Part shown: piece after piece, positions 39,777-49,537 of the stretch
Position numbering within the stretch: position 1 is the first letter of the stretch
How the letters are laid out: each line of letters starts with the position of its first letter
Origin: Bacteroidales bacterium
Lineage (GTDB): Bacteria; Bacteroidota; Bacteroidia; Bacteroidales; UBA932
Assembly (NCBI GenBank): GCA_017477245.1
Contig: JAFUWY010000027.1
Location: 118,942 to 182,941 of the forward strand
Reading direction: 5' to 3'
DNA: 64,000 nucleotides
The notes under the pieces: generated by a model
Seen by the model: only the letters and a program-made list of their open reading frames with translations
Databases searched by the model: none
Told to the model about the DNA's origin: nothing
Position numbers and translations under genes: made by a program

Positions 39777-41723
39777 TCATTCTTTCATTTGCAATTCATC
39801 AATCCGGCCGCCACTGCGGAAATCCAGTCCCGACACGCCGACTACGTTGCCGGCCACCGAAGCAAGTTCGACCGTATTCTCCTCGCCGGGAGCCAGCTCC
39901 ACCCGGACTTCCACAAAACTGTAAAGGTCATCCGAGCCCGTCGGCGGCAATTCGATCAGTCCCACGGGTTTCCCATTGACGAAGAGACTGTTCACGGCCG
40001 CATCGGCACGATCCAGCGCATAGCGGAACCGAAGGGTCCGCACTCCGCCGGAAGCGCCTCCGTCAATCCTTTCCCACCGGACATAACCGGCACCTCCGCA
40101 AGGCAGGAGCACATAGCCGTTACCGGCAAACCCGTTCTCGCCCGCCCCGCTTCCGGTGCAGGCGCTGCCTCCTACGACGGCGAACTCCGCCTGGAGGTAT
40201 TTCCCGGCTTCAGGAAGCCCCGTATCCTTACAGCGGACCAGGGCGGTCTGTCCGGGTCCGAGCGTCAAGGTCGCACCGCCGCCGCGGGACGGCTGCAGCT
40301 CAGCCGAAGCGGTCTCAACCCAGCGGTTCCGACCGTCGAATGCGCCCAGCGAAGCCGCGTCCGGCCCCATTCCGGCAGGAATGAAAAAGCGGCCTCCGGT
40401 GGTGCTCATCAGCACGAGTTCCGTCCGGCTGCGGAGGATGCTGATACCCTGCGACGTCGCAACGCCAGGCGTATAACCCACACCGGCATTGCTGATGCTT
40501 TCCAGGGCGGAATACCCTTTCCAGTTATGGACGAACAGTCCATAACCGTTGGCATTGGAGGAGAGATCCGCCATTGCGCTGCAAAGGATCCGGTTCGTCA
40601 TCCGGACATCCTCGATATAGGGACCGCGGGGACGGAATTCATTCCGTCCGACGGCATCATAGAGTCCATGGCCGTCGATTCCGCACATGTCGTAATAGTC
40701 AAAAGCGCAGTTGCCGGACAGGGCCGCCAGGCTGAGCTGGGCGATGTTGGGAACTTCAGCCCCCACTTCCATGAACATCCGGTAATTGCGCCCCCGGTAC
40801 GGGATGTCCCGGCGCATGCTCTCCACGAAGGATTCGAAGGTCGGGAACTGCGGATGGTGCTTGTAGGTATCCAGCCCGACGAAATCGATATCCGTTCCAC
40901 CGGGCGTGAGCCGTTTTTTCTCGTTCTCCGGAATCCGGCCGTCCACCTCCCAGTACACGCAGTTGATCCGCGTCCAGACGACATAGGAGGAACGCTTGAC
41001 AGCCCCAGCCACGTCGCTGAGATAATCGATCACCAGAGAATTCGGAAAGGAGGCACCGGAACCGAACACCTCATTGTCGATCTGGACGCCGATGACGGGA
41101 TGCCGGTTCCCATGACGGCGGTCCCAAGCTGCGATGTGTTCCATCACGAGCCCCAGCACATGGGTCTCCCGTGCCCGCAAGGCAGGATCGGACAGGTCCA
41201 TGGTCCGCCCGTTGATATCGCGGCGGACAGAAAACTCGCTGCTGCCGTCCGTGGAAAGGACATAGTCCGGAACGCGGTTGCGCGAGGCTCCGGACCGGTC
41301 CCGCATGTTCATCTTCGCCACGCCGCCGACGCTGTTCTGACCGAACCAGAGCAGTTCCATCCGCAAACCGTTGCGGGTGACCAGGTCCAGGTACTGGTCC
41401 AGCACCTTCCAGTCAAAACGGTCTTTCTCAGGCTCCACCTCCGTCCACATCAGGGGAATGGATACCGTGTTGAACCCGTCCGCCGCCGCCCGGGCGACAA
41501 TGGCCTCCAGCCCCGAATCATCCCAGCCGAGACTGTAACGCAGTTTATCGAGGCGGATCTGGATATTGGTCATATAGTATGGCCGGCCGTCCACCATCAG
41601 GCGGTATTTCTGGGAACCGTCAAGGGAGGTATCCACATAGGACACCACCTGCCTGGCCGCAGCAGCACACACGCCACACGCAACGGCCAGGCCGAAAAGC
41701 ATCAGGCTGAATAATTTCCTCAT
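39777..41723 (-). CDS. Clan GH-A glycoside hydrolase (DUF4978 / GH35-GH42-like) with a C-terminal CBM6/CBM35-like module
   Basis: GFNTVSIPLMWTEVEPEKDRFDW, LLWFG and VQIDNE motifs; C-terminal QAE...GFAGNGYV...TLRFRYA...RIDEL module. Confidence 0.7.
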   Translation of the reverse strand: MRKLFSLMLFGLAVACGVCAAAARQVVSYVDTSLDGSQKYRLMVDGRPYYMTNIQIRLDKLRYSLGWDDSGLEAIVARAAADGFNTVSIPLMWTEVEPEKDRFDWKVLDQYLDLVTRNGLRMELLWFGQNSVGGVAKMNMRDRSGASRNRVPDYVLSTDGSSEFSVRRDINGRTMDLSDPALRARETHVLGLVMEHIAAWDRRHGNRHPVIGVQIDNEVFGSGASFPNSLVIDYLSDVAGAVKRSSYVVWTRINCVYWEVDGRIPENEKKRLTPGGTDIDFVGLDTYKHHPQFPTFESFVESMRRDIPYRGRNYRMFMEVGAEVPNIAQLSLAALSGNCAFDYYDMCGIDGHGLYDAVGRNEFRPRGPYIEDVRMTNRILCSAMADLSSNANGYGLFVHNWKGYSALESISNAGVGYTPGVATSQGISILRSRTELVLMSTTGGRFFIPAGMGPDAASLGAFDGRNRWVETASAELQPSRGGGATLTLGPGQTALVRCKDTGLPEAGKYLQAEFAVVGGSACTGSGAGENGFAGNGYVLLPCGGAGYVRWERIDGGASGGVRTLRFRYALDRADAAVNSLFVNGKPVGLIELPPTGSDDLYSFVEVRVELAPGEENTVELASVAGNVVGVSGLDFRSGGRIDELQMKE

Positions 41724-41724
41724 T

Positions 41725-44232
41725 TCAATCCAAGGTAATGTATTCAAAAAACACGCTGGCTCCTTCCGGGTTGTCCTGCGGAAGGACGGCCATCTTGACG
41801 GTCTCCACTTTTCGAATGTCAAGATAAGTATTTTCTTCCGGAATCCGGTCAACATAAACGAATCCTTTTTCACCCGGCCCCGTAACCCGGACGCGTTTGA
41901 AATCAGATAGAGGGATCCTGTAATCCCGGGCATCGGGGCCGACACGGAACTGCGTCCCATATTCCAGGCCATCTGTCCCCTGCAGCACGACCCATACCTG
42001 GGATGAAGGTCCCTTTCGCGCGTATGCCCTTACTACAACGGCTTTCCGGCCAGGGAGGTCGGAGCGGCGGCCGGCCGTGCGGTCCGAAACATAGTGGCTC
42101 GCATAAACCATCCCGTCCGACGCTACGCAAACACCGGCCAATCCAGGAAGGACAGAGGGGCGGAACCTATATGGATAATGTCGATGATTGCGACGCAGTT
42201 CCTTCAGGTCTTCTGCAACATTCAATAAAACGACGGGGGCCTCCGGGTCCACAATCCGAAGTTGATACATCGCCGTATTGATGTAATCCATCTGCCCGCC
42301 CGAGACATCCTCGGGATAATACACGGTTTTCCCATCACGGACAACTGCAATCCGGTATGCCAGCATATCTTCCCGGAGCATTTCCTCCGGAAGCGACACT
42401 TTCCAACCATAACGGCCGTCTCTTTCGAAATCCAATGCAGGGAAACGTGATGGAGACAAGGAGAAGGCTTCCAGCCGCACAGCGTCAGGGGCGCGTTGTG
42501 AAATTACTTCCAGGGACAGTTCCGGCCGAACATTCCGGCTCAGTTCATGCATCGGTGTATATACCAGATACAACCCCCGTGTCGGCTTCGGTGCCGCAAA
42601 TTCACCCAGGACAATGTCTTTCCACCGATCATCCGGTCCCAGTGCCGAGTGCCTGTCGGCAGCCTCCAGCAAATATGTCCCGGGAGAGACCTCTACGGCA
42701 CGTCCGATCGCTGTAGAGCGTCGGTCGTTCCCGTCATTGATACCCCGCAAAGAGAATCCCTCACCCAGGTCCGGAAGATCGATTGTCATTGGGTAGGTCT
42801 CCCAGACAATGGCCGACATCTCACGGCCAAGTTCCGGTCTGCCGAACGGATTGTCCACCCAGGTTGCATCCGGCATCAACTCAAGACGCCACACGCCATC
42901 TTCCAGTTTATCAAGGAAATAGATGCCCCGCCCGGCATATCTGACCAGACAGGAAGACCCGATCCCGGCAATCTCTTTCAAAGAAGAAATAGCCGGAGGC
43001 ACACTCTGCGTATCTCCACTATAGAAAAACTTCTCTTCTGAAACCATTTCCGCGAGTTCGGGATCGTGACTGACGTGAAAGCAACCAAAGGTCGTATCCT
43101 GCGGGAAACGGCCAAATTGTTTCAATCTGGGAGTAGAACGGAACACCTCCCCTGCTATCTTGAGTCCCATCGCCTTTTTGGGTGCATAGGCAAGATTCAT
43201 ATAATGTGTCCGATATTCCGTATTATAAGCTGCAATGTACAACGGATCATAGGAGAACATCGCCGCAAACTGGAATCCGGCTTCCCTCATCGAACGCGCC
43301 ATCATCGGATAGGTATATGAGTAGCCATTGTCTGCCGCATCCATCTCATAGGAGACCAACGCCTTCCTTGCAGCGCGGACGACATCCGTCAGGGTATCTT
43401 TCGGCCACTGGTCCACGTGGGTCAGCAGGTTCCCCTTGAAAGGAAAACCTGCATTATGGCTCACGGAATACCATTGCATCGATCCTCCCTGGACATCCGC
43501 TTTGACAAATCCCCGGATCAAGTGGGGTGCAATCGACATACACCAAAAAAGCGGCTTCCGGCAACCTGCCTGACGGATAACCTCAACCAGCGAATTGATG
43601 TAGGTCACCGCAGCCTCCTCGGTAAATCCGGGATGTTCCGGTTCATTATAGATTTCATAACCAATGATATCTTCGTCATCTTTGTACGCATTACCCGTAT
43701 AAGGATTGACGTGTTCCATCAATTGGCGGAGGTAATTCTTTGTCGCCGCCACGGCATCCGGTGTATAAGAGCCCGTTTTTCCCCACTTCTGACCGATTCC
43801 GTAGGGTTTTTCACGCGTTCCGTAGTAATTCAACGGGGTCAGCAGCATCTTGAACCCCCTGTCTTTCATCTCTTTCACGGTCAGATCCAGCAAACGCAGG
43901 TGTTCATTATGTTGCAGGTTCCCCAACGTATCTGTCAGTTCGGCATCCCACATATGTACCCTGTAAGCTTTAAGCCCCAGGCGGGTCAGATGATAGACAT
44001 CCTGCCGGAGTCCCGTTTCGAAGTCAAGCCCGAGATCCTGGAAATTCGCATAAGCCGTGGAGAACGGCAGGGCATAATGCACGCCGAATTCTGCAACTTC
44101 CTGGCGATCTGCCGCCCAGCGCAGGACGCCTTCCCGGTCCACGTAGGCCCCCGGACTGCGCTGCGCTGCCATAGGATCCGATATCAGGACGGCCAATACC
44201 GGCAACAAATAAAATCCTCTCAATCGGACCAT
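41725..44232 (-). CDS. GH5-like (clan GH-A) glycoside hydrolase of unknown specificity (start 44232 or 44289)
   Basis: AYRVHMWD, LRQLMEHVNPYTG and YEIYNEP acid/base motif; long C-terminal accessory domains. Confidence 0.7.
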   Translation of the reverse strand: MVRLRGFYLLPVLAVLISDPMAAQRSPGAYVDREGVLRWAADRQEVAEFGVHYALPFSTAYANFQDLGLDFETGLRQDVYHLTRLGLKAYRVHMWDAELTDTLGNLQHNEHLRLLDLTVKEMKDRGFKMLLTPLNYYGTREKPYGIGQKWGKTGSYTPDAVAATKNYLRQLMEHVNPYTGNAYKDDEDIIGYEIYNEPEHPGFTEEAAVTYINSLVEVIRQAGCRKPLFWCMSIAPHLIRGFVKADVQGGSMQWYSVSHNAGFPFKGNLLTHVDQWPKDTLTDVVRAARKALVSYEMDAADNGYSYTYPMMARSMREAGFQFAAMFSYDPLYIAAYNTEYRTHYMNLAYAPKKAMGLKIAGEVFRSTPRLKQFGRFPQDTTFGCFHVSHDPELAEMVSEEKFFYSGDTQSVPPAISSLKEIAGIGSSCLVRYAGRGIYFLDKLEDGVWRLELMPDATWVDNPFGRPELGREMSAIVWETYPMTIDLPDLGEGFSLRGINDGNDRRSTAIGRAVEVSPGTYLLEAADRHSALGPDDRWKDIVLGEFAAPKPTRGLYLVYTPMHELSRNVRPELSLEVISQRAPDAVRLEAFSLSPSRFPALDFERDGRYGWKVSLPEEMLREDMLAYRIAVVRDGKTVYYPEDVSGGQMDYINTAMYQLRIVDPEAPVVLLNVAEDLKELRRNHRHYPYRFRPSVLPGLAGVCVASDGMVYASHYVSDRTAGRRSDLPGRKAVVVRAYARKGPSSQVWVVLQGTDGLEYGTQFRVGPDARDYRIPLSDFKRVRVTGPGEKGFVYVDRIPEENTYLDIRKVETVKMAVLPQDNPEGASVFFEYITLD

Positions 44233-44278
44233 ATCCCGATTCCTTAAAAATGAAAACGCACGATTTCTTTTCAGCCGT

Positions 44279-46192
44279 TTACCTGCCATAACGGAGCGTG
44301 TACATCTCTTTTTTGATCTCCCGCGAAGCGGCGATCATTTCGGGATGCGGCCGGTCGCAGATGTCCACAAAGCCGATCTGGTAGTTCTCGCCGTCGCTGC
44401 GGGCGGTGAAACACTGGTCCACGTACTGGAACCAATGGGTCCCGACGATGTAGTCGCTCTCCAGGGCTTCTTCCACGAAATGCCTGTAGATCCTGGCACG
44501 TTGCTTCTGGGAAGGCGCCGTGCGCAGTCCGGTATGCGCAAGGCCGCGGTCCAGCGCACCGAAATGGTATTCGCCCACGATCAGGGGCTTGTCCAGCCCT
44601 TCCGTCTCCTTGAAGGTGGAAAGGTTGTAGTCGTAGTGGTTGATGCTCATCACGTCGCAGTATTCGGCCTGGGCTTCAAATGCGATCCGGTTGAAATTCA
44701 CGCTGTTGCTCCTGCATCCCAGGTATAGTTTATCAGGAGCGAGTTCGTCCAGCACTTCGCGGACCGCCTTGAAATAGGCGTATATGATCTCGCGCTGGTT
44801 GACCGTCGGCCAGCCACGCTCGTTGTCCACGAAGAAACCGATGCACCAGGGATCTTGCGCAGCGAGCAGGAAATTCGAACGGCCGGCAAGCAGGGACTCG
44901 CGGAAAGCCGCCTTGAACGCAGCCGCATCGAAATCATCGGGAAGGCGGTCCCGGATGCCGGAACTGAGCGTGATGGTATAGGGCAGCCGCTGCTCCTCGC
45001 TGAACTGGTCGTTCAGCGACCAGCTGGCCATCGTGTTGATGCCCCAACTCTTCATGCGACGGGAGGCATTATCCACCACCTGCATGGCGAAATCCGGCGC
45101 ACCCTGAAATTTCGTAATCAGGTTCGAGAGATAGAAATCCCCGTTAAGGGGCTTGTATTCAAAGTACTTTTCCCGTCCCTGGATCCGCGTCACCTGGGTC
45201 AGGCCCACCCCGCAGATGCCCTGCGAGAAGAACAGGTGGCCGTCGGGGTCCACCAGCCACCATTTGCCGTTGTATTTTTCCACCCGGAAATGACCGGTTG
45301 CCCGCAGTTGCGGTCCGTCCTTCCAGCCGCCCCACTTGTCCCAGCTGTCGGATACCGGGTTCGCGGCAAGGTCGCGCTCCTCCGCCTCCCGCTGGGCATA
45401 CAGGTCCTCCGGACGCTTTACCTTTCCGTCCCAGTCAGTCCACTTATACTGTCCGAAACGGTCGATAAACGGGAAAAACGAAGTCTCCAGCAGTTCCCGG
45501 GACGGGAGGTTGTAGCGACCGAGCGTCCGGATGTCTTCCACACGCAGTTTCCATTCCCGGCCAGGGAACTGTTTGAAGAGGCGCAGGTGAGTGAAATGGG
45601 AAAGCGGAACGTTCACCTTCCGGCGCAAAAAACCGCCGGGGATGCCGAACATGCCCTGGAAATGATCATACATGTAAGCGGGCATGCTCTCCATATCCCG
45701 ACTCAGGAAAACGATCATCGTATCAGTCTCACCGGGCTCGAGGACAAGCATGGAGCGATAGTAGAAATAAGCCCCGTTCTCCAAGACGAGCGATTGGTCG
45801 CCGTCGCTGAAGCACTGCCCTTCGAGATAGATCCGCTCCTGCCCCAGATTGGTGATGTCTATCGCGACGGACACCCAGTCGTCCAGTCGCAGGCCGGGTT
45901 TGAAGGGAATATCGACGCTGGCTTTTTCCGATGAGGCGCCGAGGGAGATTTCAAGCGCTTCACGACTCCCCCGCGGGCGTTTCACGAGGGCATCCTGGGT
46001 ACGGATGGATTTCAGGTTCTTCATGGAAGCCAGGTCGGTTGCCGGAGCCGTGGCCTGCATGGCTTCGTCCCAAGCGGCACCTGCCGGATTGACAAAAGTC
46101 CCCCGCAGCGGCTGCACCTGTCCTGCCGTCCGCCAAGAGGCGGACAGCAGGAAAACGGATACACAAACGGATACTAACGATATTGTTTTCAT
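44279..46192 (-). CDS. GH50 / beta-agarase-like glycoside hydrolase
   Basis: FPFIDRFGQY, ATGHFRVEKYNGKWWLVDPDG, GFFVDNE, PLIVGEYHFGA and VGTHWFQYVD motifs. Confidence 0.75.
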   Translation of the reverse strand: MKTISLVSVCVSVFLLSASWRTAGQVQPLRGTFVNPAGAAWDEAMQATAPATDLASMKNLKSIRTQDALVKRPRGSREALEISLGASSEKASVDIPFKPGLRLDDWVSVAIDITNLGQERIYLEGQCFSDGDQSLVLENGAYFYYRSMLVLEPGETDTMIVFLSRDMESMPAYMYDHFQGMFGIPGGFLRRKVNVPLSHFTHLRLFKQFPGREWKLRVEDIRTLGRYNLPSRELLETSFFPFIDRFGQYKWTDWDGKVKRPEDLYAQREAEERDLAANPVSDSWDKWGGWKDGPQLRATGHFRVEKYNGKWWLVDPDGHLFFSQGICGVGLTQVTRIQGREKYFEYKPLNGDFYLSNLITKFQGAPDFAMQVVDNASRRMKSWGINTMASWSLNDQFSEEQRLPYTITLSSGIRDRLPDDFDAAAFKAAFRESLLAGRSNFLLAAQDPWCIGFFVDNERGWPTVNQREIIYAYFKAVREVLDELAPDKLYLGCRSNSVNFNRIAFEAQAEYCDVMSINHYDYNLSTFKETEGLDKPLIVGEYHFGALDRGLAHTGLRTAPSQKQRARIYRHFVEEALESDYIVGTHWFQYVDQCFTARSDGENYQIGFVDICDRPHPEMIAASREIKKEMYTLRYGR

Positions 46193-46201
46193 AACAGATA
46201 A

Positions 46202-47893
46202 TCAATAGTGATATAGTTTTACATACTGTAAGCCGGTCCGGCCGAAGCGCAAGCCATTTCCGGAACGACCGTCCAGGAAAGCGGAATCAAAGGAATAGTC
46301 ATTCATGATCTGATCCCCGTTCAGCCTGCGCGAAGCTTTCCATGCTCCGTTTTCGAAGCATCCCTCTTCGCATTCCAGGATCCCGGTCACGAGATTCTTT
46401 TTTCCCCTCTCGAGCAGGGAGAACTGCAGGCTGACGCCTTTTCCGTAAACATAGAATGAATCTTCCCCCGCCTGCAGGATCAGGGCGTACCCTACCTGCT
46501 CTCCGGCGGGCTGATTGCCGCGATGGCCAAACTCGCACAGTATCCGATACTTACCCATCTCCAACGTCTTGACAGGCGTGTCTGAATCAACCATGATGGC
46601 GCGCATCGTCATGCCGGGTTCACGTTCCAACATCAGCGGGGCCAGGGTGGACAGGTCCCGGTAGAAATCGCAGATCGGTCCTCCAGCGTACCCTTCGATG
46701 CCGAACGGCGAGAAACAGAGGGCGCCGTGCTCCGCATAGGCCAGCAGGGCCCGGCCGATTCCGACCTCATCGCCCCGGGTTTCAGGGATGATGAGTGGAT
46801 TTCCTTTCTGGGTATAGGCCCGGCAATGTCCTTCGAAATCTCCATAATAGATATCCGGGCTGATGGCATCCAACTGTGGCGCCGCGCATTGCCAGACATC
46901 CATCACGAACGGAATCGGTCCTCCGCAGGGATAAGTCGCGATCTTGCGGTCCTGACGGCCGATCGAGGCGTTCGCGAACATCGGGATATCATATTCTTTC
47001 TTGCCGGCAGCCACGACGGCACCAATGTACTTTGCATAATAGTAAGACATAAATATCTCATTTCCGGCAGGACTGTCGCCAAACACTCCAGCCCAAGAGC
47101 CGGAAGTCCGGGCACCAAGGCTTTCCCAATGGGAACGGAACTCCGGAATCAAGTCTCTGCGATGCTTGCGGAGATAATCCGTCAGTTCCCGGGGCACCGG
47201 CGCTTTCCAAGCCCTTCGGGCCAGGTCCGACCAATCCCGTTCGCCGAAACTATAGCCGACTTCGTTCTCGACCTGGACCATGATGACGGTCTGTTCAGCC
47301 GCATCAATCTCGCGGATATGACGCATCATCGCGGAAAATGCTCGGGCATCCGCAGCGACATTACCTTCGGAGAAAACGGAAAGCATCTGGATCTGGCCGC
47401 CGTTCTTGTCCTGCAGGAGCGGGAAGCGCTCCCGGTTCAGTTTCACCCACGACGGAGCATAAGAAGAAACCATATTTTTCCAGCTGCCGAACCACAGCAG
47501 GGAAAGTTTGACCCCCTCCCGGCGTGCCTGCCGGACCAGCGCATCCACGATTGAGAAATCGAATGTGCCTTCCTGCGGTTCGACCATCTCCCAACTGACA
47601 GGCACCAGTACGGTGTTGAGGTTCAACTGTCGCAGGCGCGGCCAGAGGCTCTCCATATAAGCGGCGCTGCCAGACGCCGAATTTCCGGTTTCACCGGCAA
47701 TGGCCAGATAGGGCTTCCCTTGCACAACCAGATGAGCCACTCCGCCCTTTTTCTCGATATGCGGTTGGTTCTGGGCCGGAGCCGGCAGGAACGGAAGCGT
47801 CAGCGCGAGCAATAAGGAAAACAGGTGGCGGCGTCTTGCCGCCACCTGCAAAAAGTAACCATTCATTATATTAACCAATCCTGATTGCATCAA
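46202..47893 (-). CDS. GH35-like beta-galactosidase with DUF5597 domain (start may be 47866)
   Basis: LNLNTVLVPVSWEMVEP, LLWFGSWKN, VQVENEVG, SPDIY, IIPET and FSPFGIE motifs. Confidence 0.8.
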   Translation of the reverse strand: MMQSGLVNIMNGYFLQVAARRRHLFSLLLALTLPFLPAPAQNQPHIEKKGGVAHLVVQGKPYLAIAGETGNSASGSAAYMESLWPRLRQLNLNTVLVPVSWEMVEPQEGTFDFSIVDALVRQARREGVKLSLLWFGSWKNMVSSYAPSWVKLNRERFPLLQDKNGGQIQMLSVFSEGNVAADARAFSAMMRHIREIDAAEQTVIMVQVENEVGYSFGERDWSDLARRAWKAPVPRELTDYLRKHRRDLIPEFRSHWESLGARTSGSWAGVFGDSPAGNEIFMSYYYAKYIGAVVAAGKKEYDIPMFANASIGRQDRKIATYPCGGPIPFVMDVWQCAAPQLDAISPDIYYGDFEGHCRAYTQKGNPLIIPETRGDEVGIGRALLAYAEHGALCFSPFGIEGYAGGPICDFYRDLSTLAPLMLEREPGMTMRAIMVDSDTPVKTLEMGKYRILCEFGHRGNQPAGEQVGYALILQAGEDSFYVYGKGVSLQFSLLERGKKNLVTGILECEEGCFENGAWKASRRLNGDQIMNDYSFDSAFLDGRSGNGLRFGRTGLQYVKLYHY

Positions 47894-49524
47894 TACCCGG
47901 GGTTCTGGACAAACGTGTCCTTGTTCGTCACGCGATCCATCATCGTGGTAGGGATCGGGCGGAGCAGGTGCTTGTCCTGGATATTCGGACGCGCATCCAC
48001 GTTATAGAGACGGACCAGTTCCAGAAGTTTGCCTGTACGCTTGAGGTCCACCCAGCGGTTGCACTCGCCGGCGAGCTCGAAGGCACGTTCATCCAGGATC
48101 AAATCAATCGTCATATCCTCGGCAGACACCTTGTGCGCTTCATACAACGCCTCACTCTTGGCGGCACGCTTGTGCAGGGCATTGATATATTCAGCCCCTT
48201 CTGCAGCCTTGTTGTCTTTCATCAGGGCCTCGGCGGCGATCAGGTACATCTCCCCCAGGCGGATGGCGACGATGTCCAGCGAGGACATCAGGCCCACCTC
48301 CACACGCGTCGGGTCCAGCCATTTCGCCAGCTGGGCGAACATCTCGCGGGGACCGCTGGTCTCCTCCCCGTTCGGGGAATCCGGGTTGAAATAGTCATTT
48401 ATGTCCTCGATGCGGTAGCGGCCCTTTGCCCGCTCACGCTGGGCTGCAGAGACTGGGAACGGCGGCGTATAGATGGCGGTATCGCCCACTGCAGCCCCGG
48501 GATTCTCTTTGCACTTGCTTTCATCGTTGACGTACCAGGTCCACTTGAAGCACTTTTCGAAGCGGCTGTCCCAATCCATATTGTCCACCAGCATCGTATA
48601 GAAATGGCGGGTCGGCATGAAGTAACGGTACGGACGACCGTTCGCGATGTCACGGACCATTCCGTAACTAGCCGCGTGCACATCATAGCGTACCGTAAAG
48701 ATGGAGGATGCCCAACTCCTTTCCGTATCGAATGCATCGTTGGCGGAACCCTGGATGGACCAGATGAATTCCTTGCTCTTCTGGTTTTTGGGGTCCCAGA
48801 GGGCAGCGTAATCCTCTTCGAGCGAATAGACGCCGGAGTCGATGACTTTCTTGGCATAAACAGCCGCATTGCTCCACTGTCCGGCATGCAGATAGACACG
48901 GGCCAGCAACGCCTGGGCAGCGGTCCTGGAAGGTCGGCCCCACTGGGTCGCAGCATCAGGAAGCAGGTTCTCCGCATCCTGCAGGTCCTTGATAACCTGC
49001 TCGTAGATCTGGACAACCGGCACTCGCGTGGCGGTGGTCAGGACTTCTTTCACCTCGTCCACGACAAGGGGGACGTCGCCATACTGCATTACCAGGATGT
49101 GGTAGAACCAGGCACGCAGGAACTTGGCCTGACCGACGAAGTCATTGACCGTAGCCTGGGCAGCCTTGATGCCGTCTGCGCGGCCGATCAAGGTATTCGC
49201 GGCCGTGATACCCCGATAACACTGGTTCCAAAGATTGGTCACATAGTCTTCCGACGTAGAGAAGGTATAATTGTTAAGGGCTTTCGGGCCGTCACCTCCT
49301 ACCATCCAAATATCCGTACCCATATCGGTAAGCGCCCAGATATCCACACGGTACAGGGCCTGCGCATAAGAATAGATGGAATTGACCAAATCGGACGCAC
49401 CGTCTTCGGTCGCATAATAGGTGTCCGCGACCGGGGTGCGGGTGTTCACCTCGTCCAGAGAACAAGACACGAGGAGGGCAAGTGCTCCGGCGCACAGGGC
49501 TATTTTGTTTACAATTCGTTTCAT
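47890..49524 (-). CDS. susD: SusD/RagB family lipoprotein
   Basis: Lipobox LVSC; GQAKFLRAWFY, RLGEMYLIAAEA, ERAFELAGECNRWVDLKR and QNPGY end. Confidence 0.95.
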   Translation of the reverse strand: MKRIVNKIALCAGALALLVSCSLDEVNTRTPVADTYYATEDGASDLVNSIYSYAQALYRVDIWALTDMGTDIWMVGGDGPKALNNYTFSTSEDYVTNLWNQCYRGITAANTLIGRADGIKAAQATVNDFVGQAKFLRAWFYHILVMQYGDVPLVVDEVKEVLTTATRVPVVQIYEQVIKDLQDAENLLPDAATQWGRPSRTAAQALLARVYLHAGQWSNAAVYAKKVIDSGVYSLEEDYAALWDPKNQKSKEFIWSIQGSANDAFDTERSWASSIFTVRYDVHAASYGMVRDIANGRPYRYFMPTRHFYTMLVDNMDWDSRFEKCFKWTWYVNDESKCKENPGAAVGDTAIYTPPFPVSAAQRERAKGRYRIEDINDYFNPDSPNGEETSGPREMFAQLAKWLDPTRVEVGLMSSLDIVAIRLGEMYLIAAEALMKDNKAAEGAEYINALHKRAAKSEALYEAHKVSAEDMTIDLILDERAFELAGECNRWVDLKRTGKLLELVRLYNVDARPNIQDKHLLRPIPTTMMDRVTNKDTFVQNPGY

Positions 49525-49537
49525 ACCTAGCTTTATA

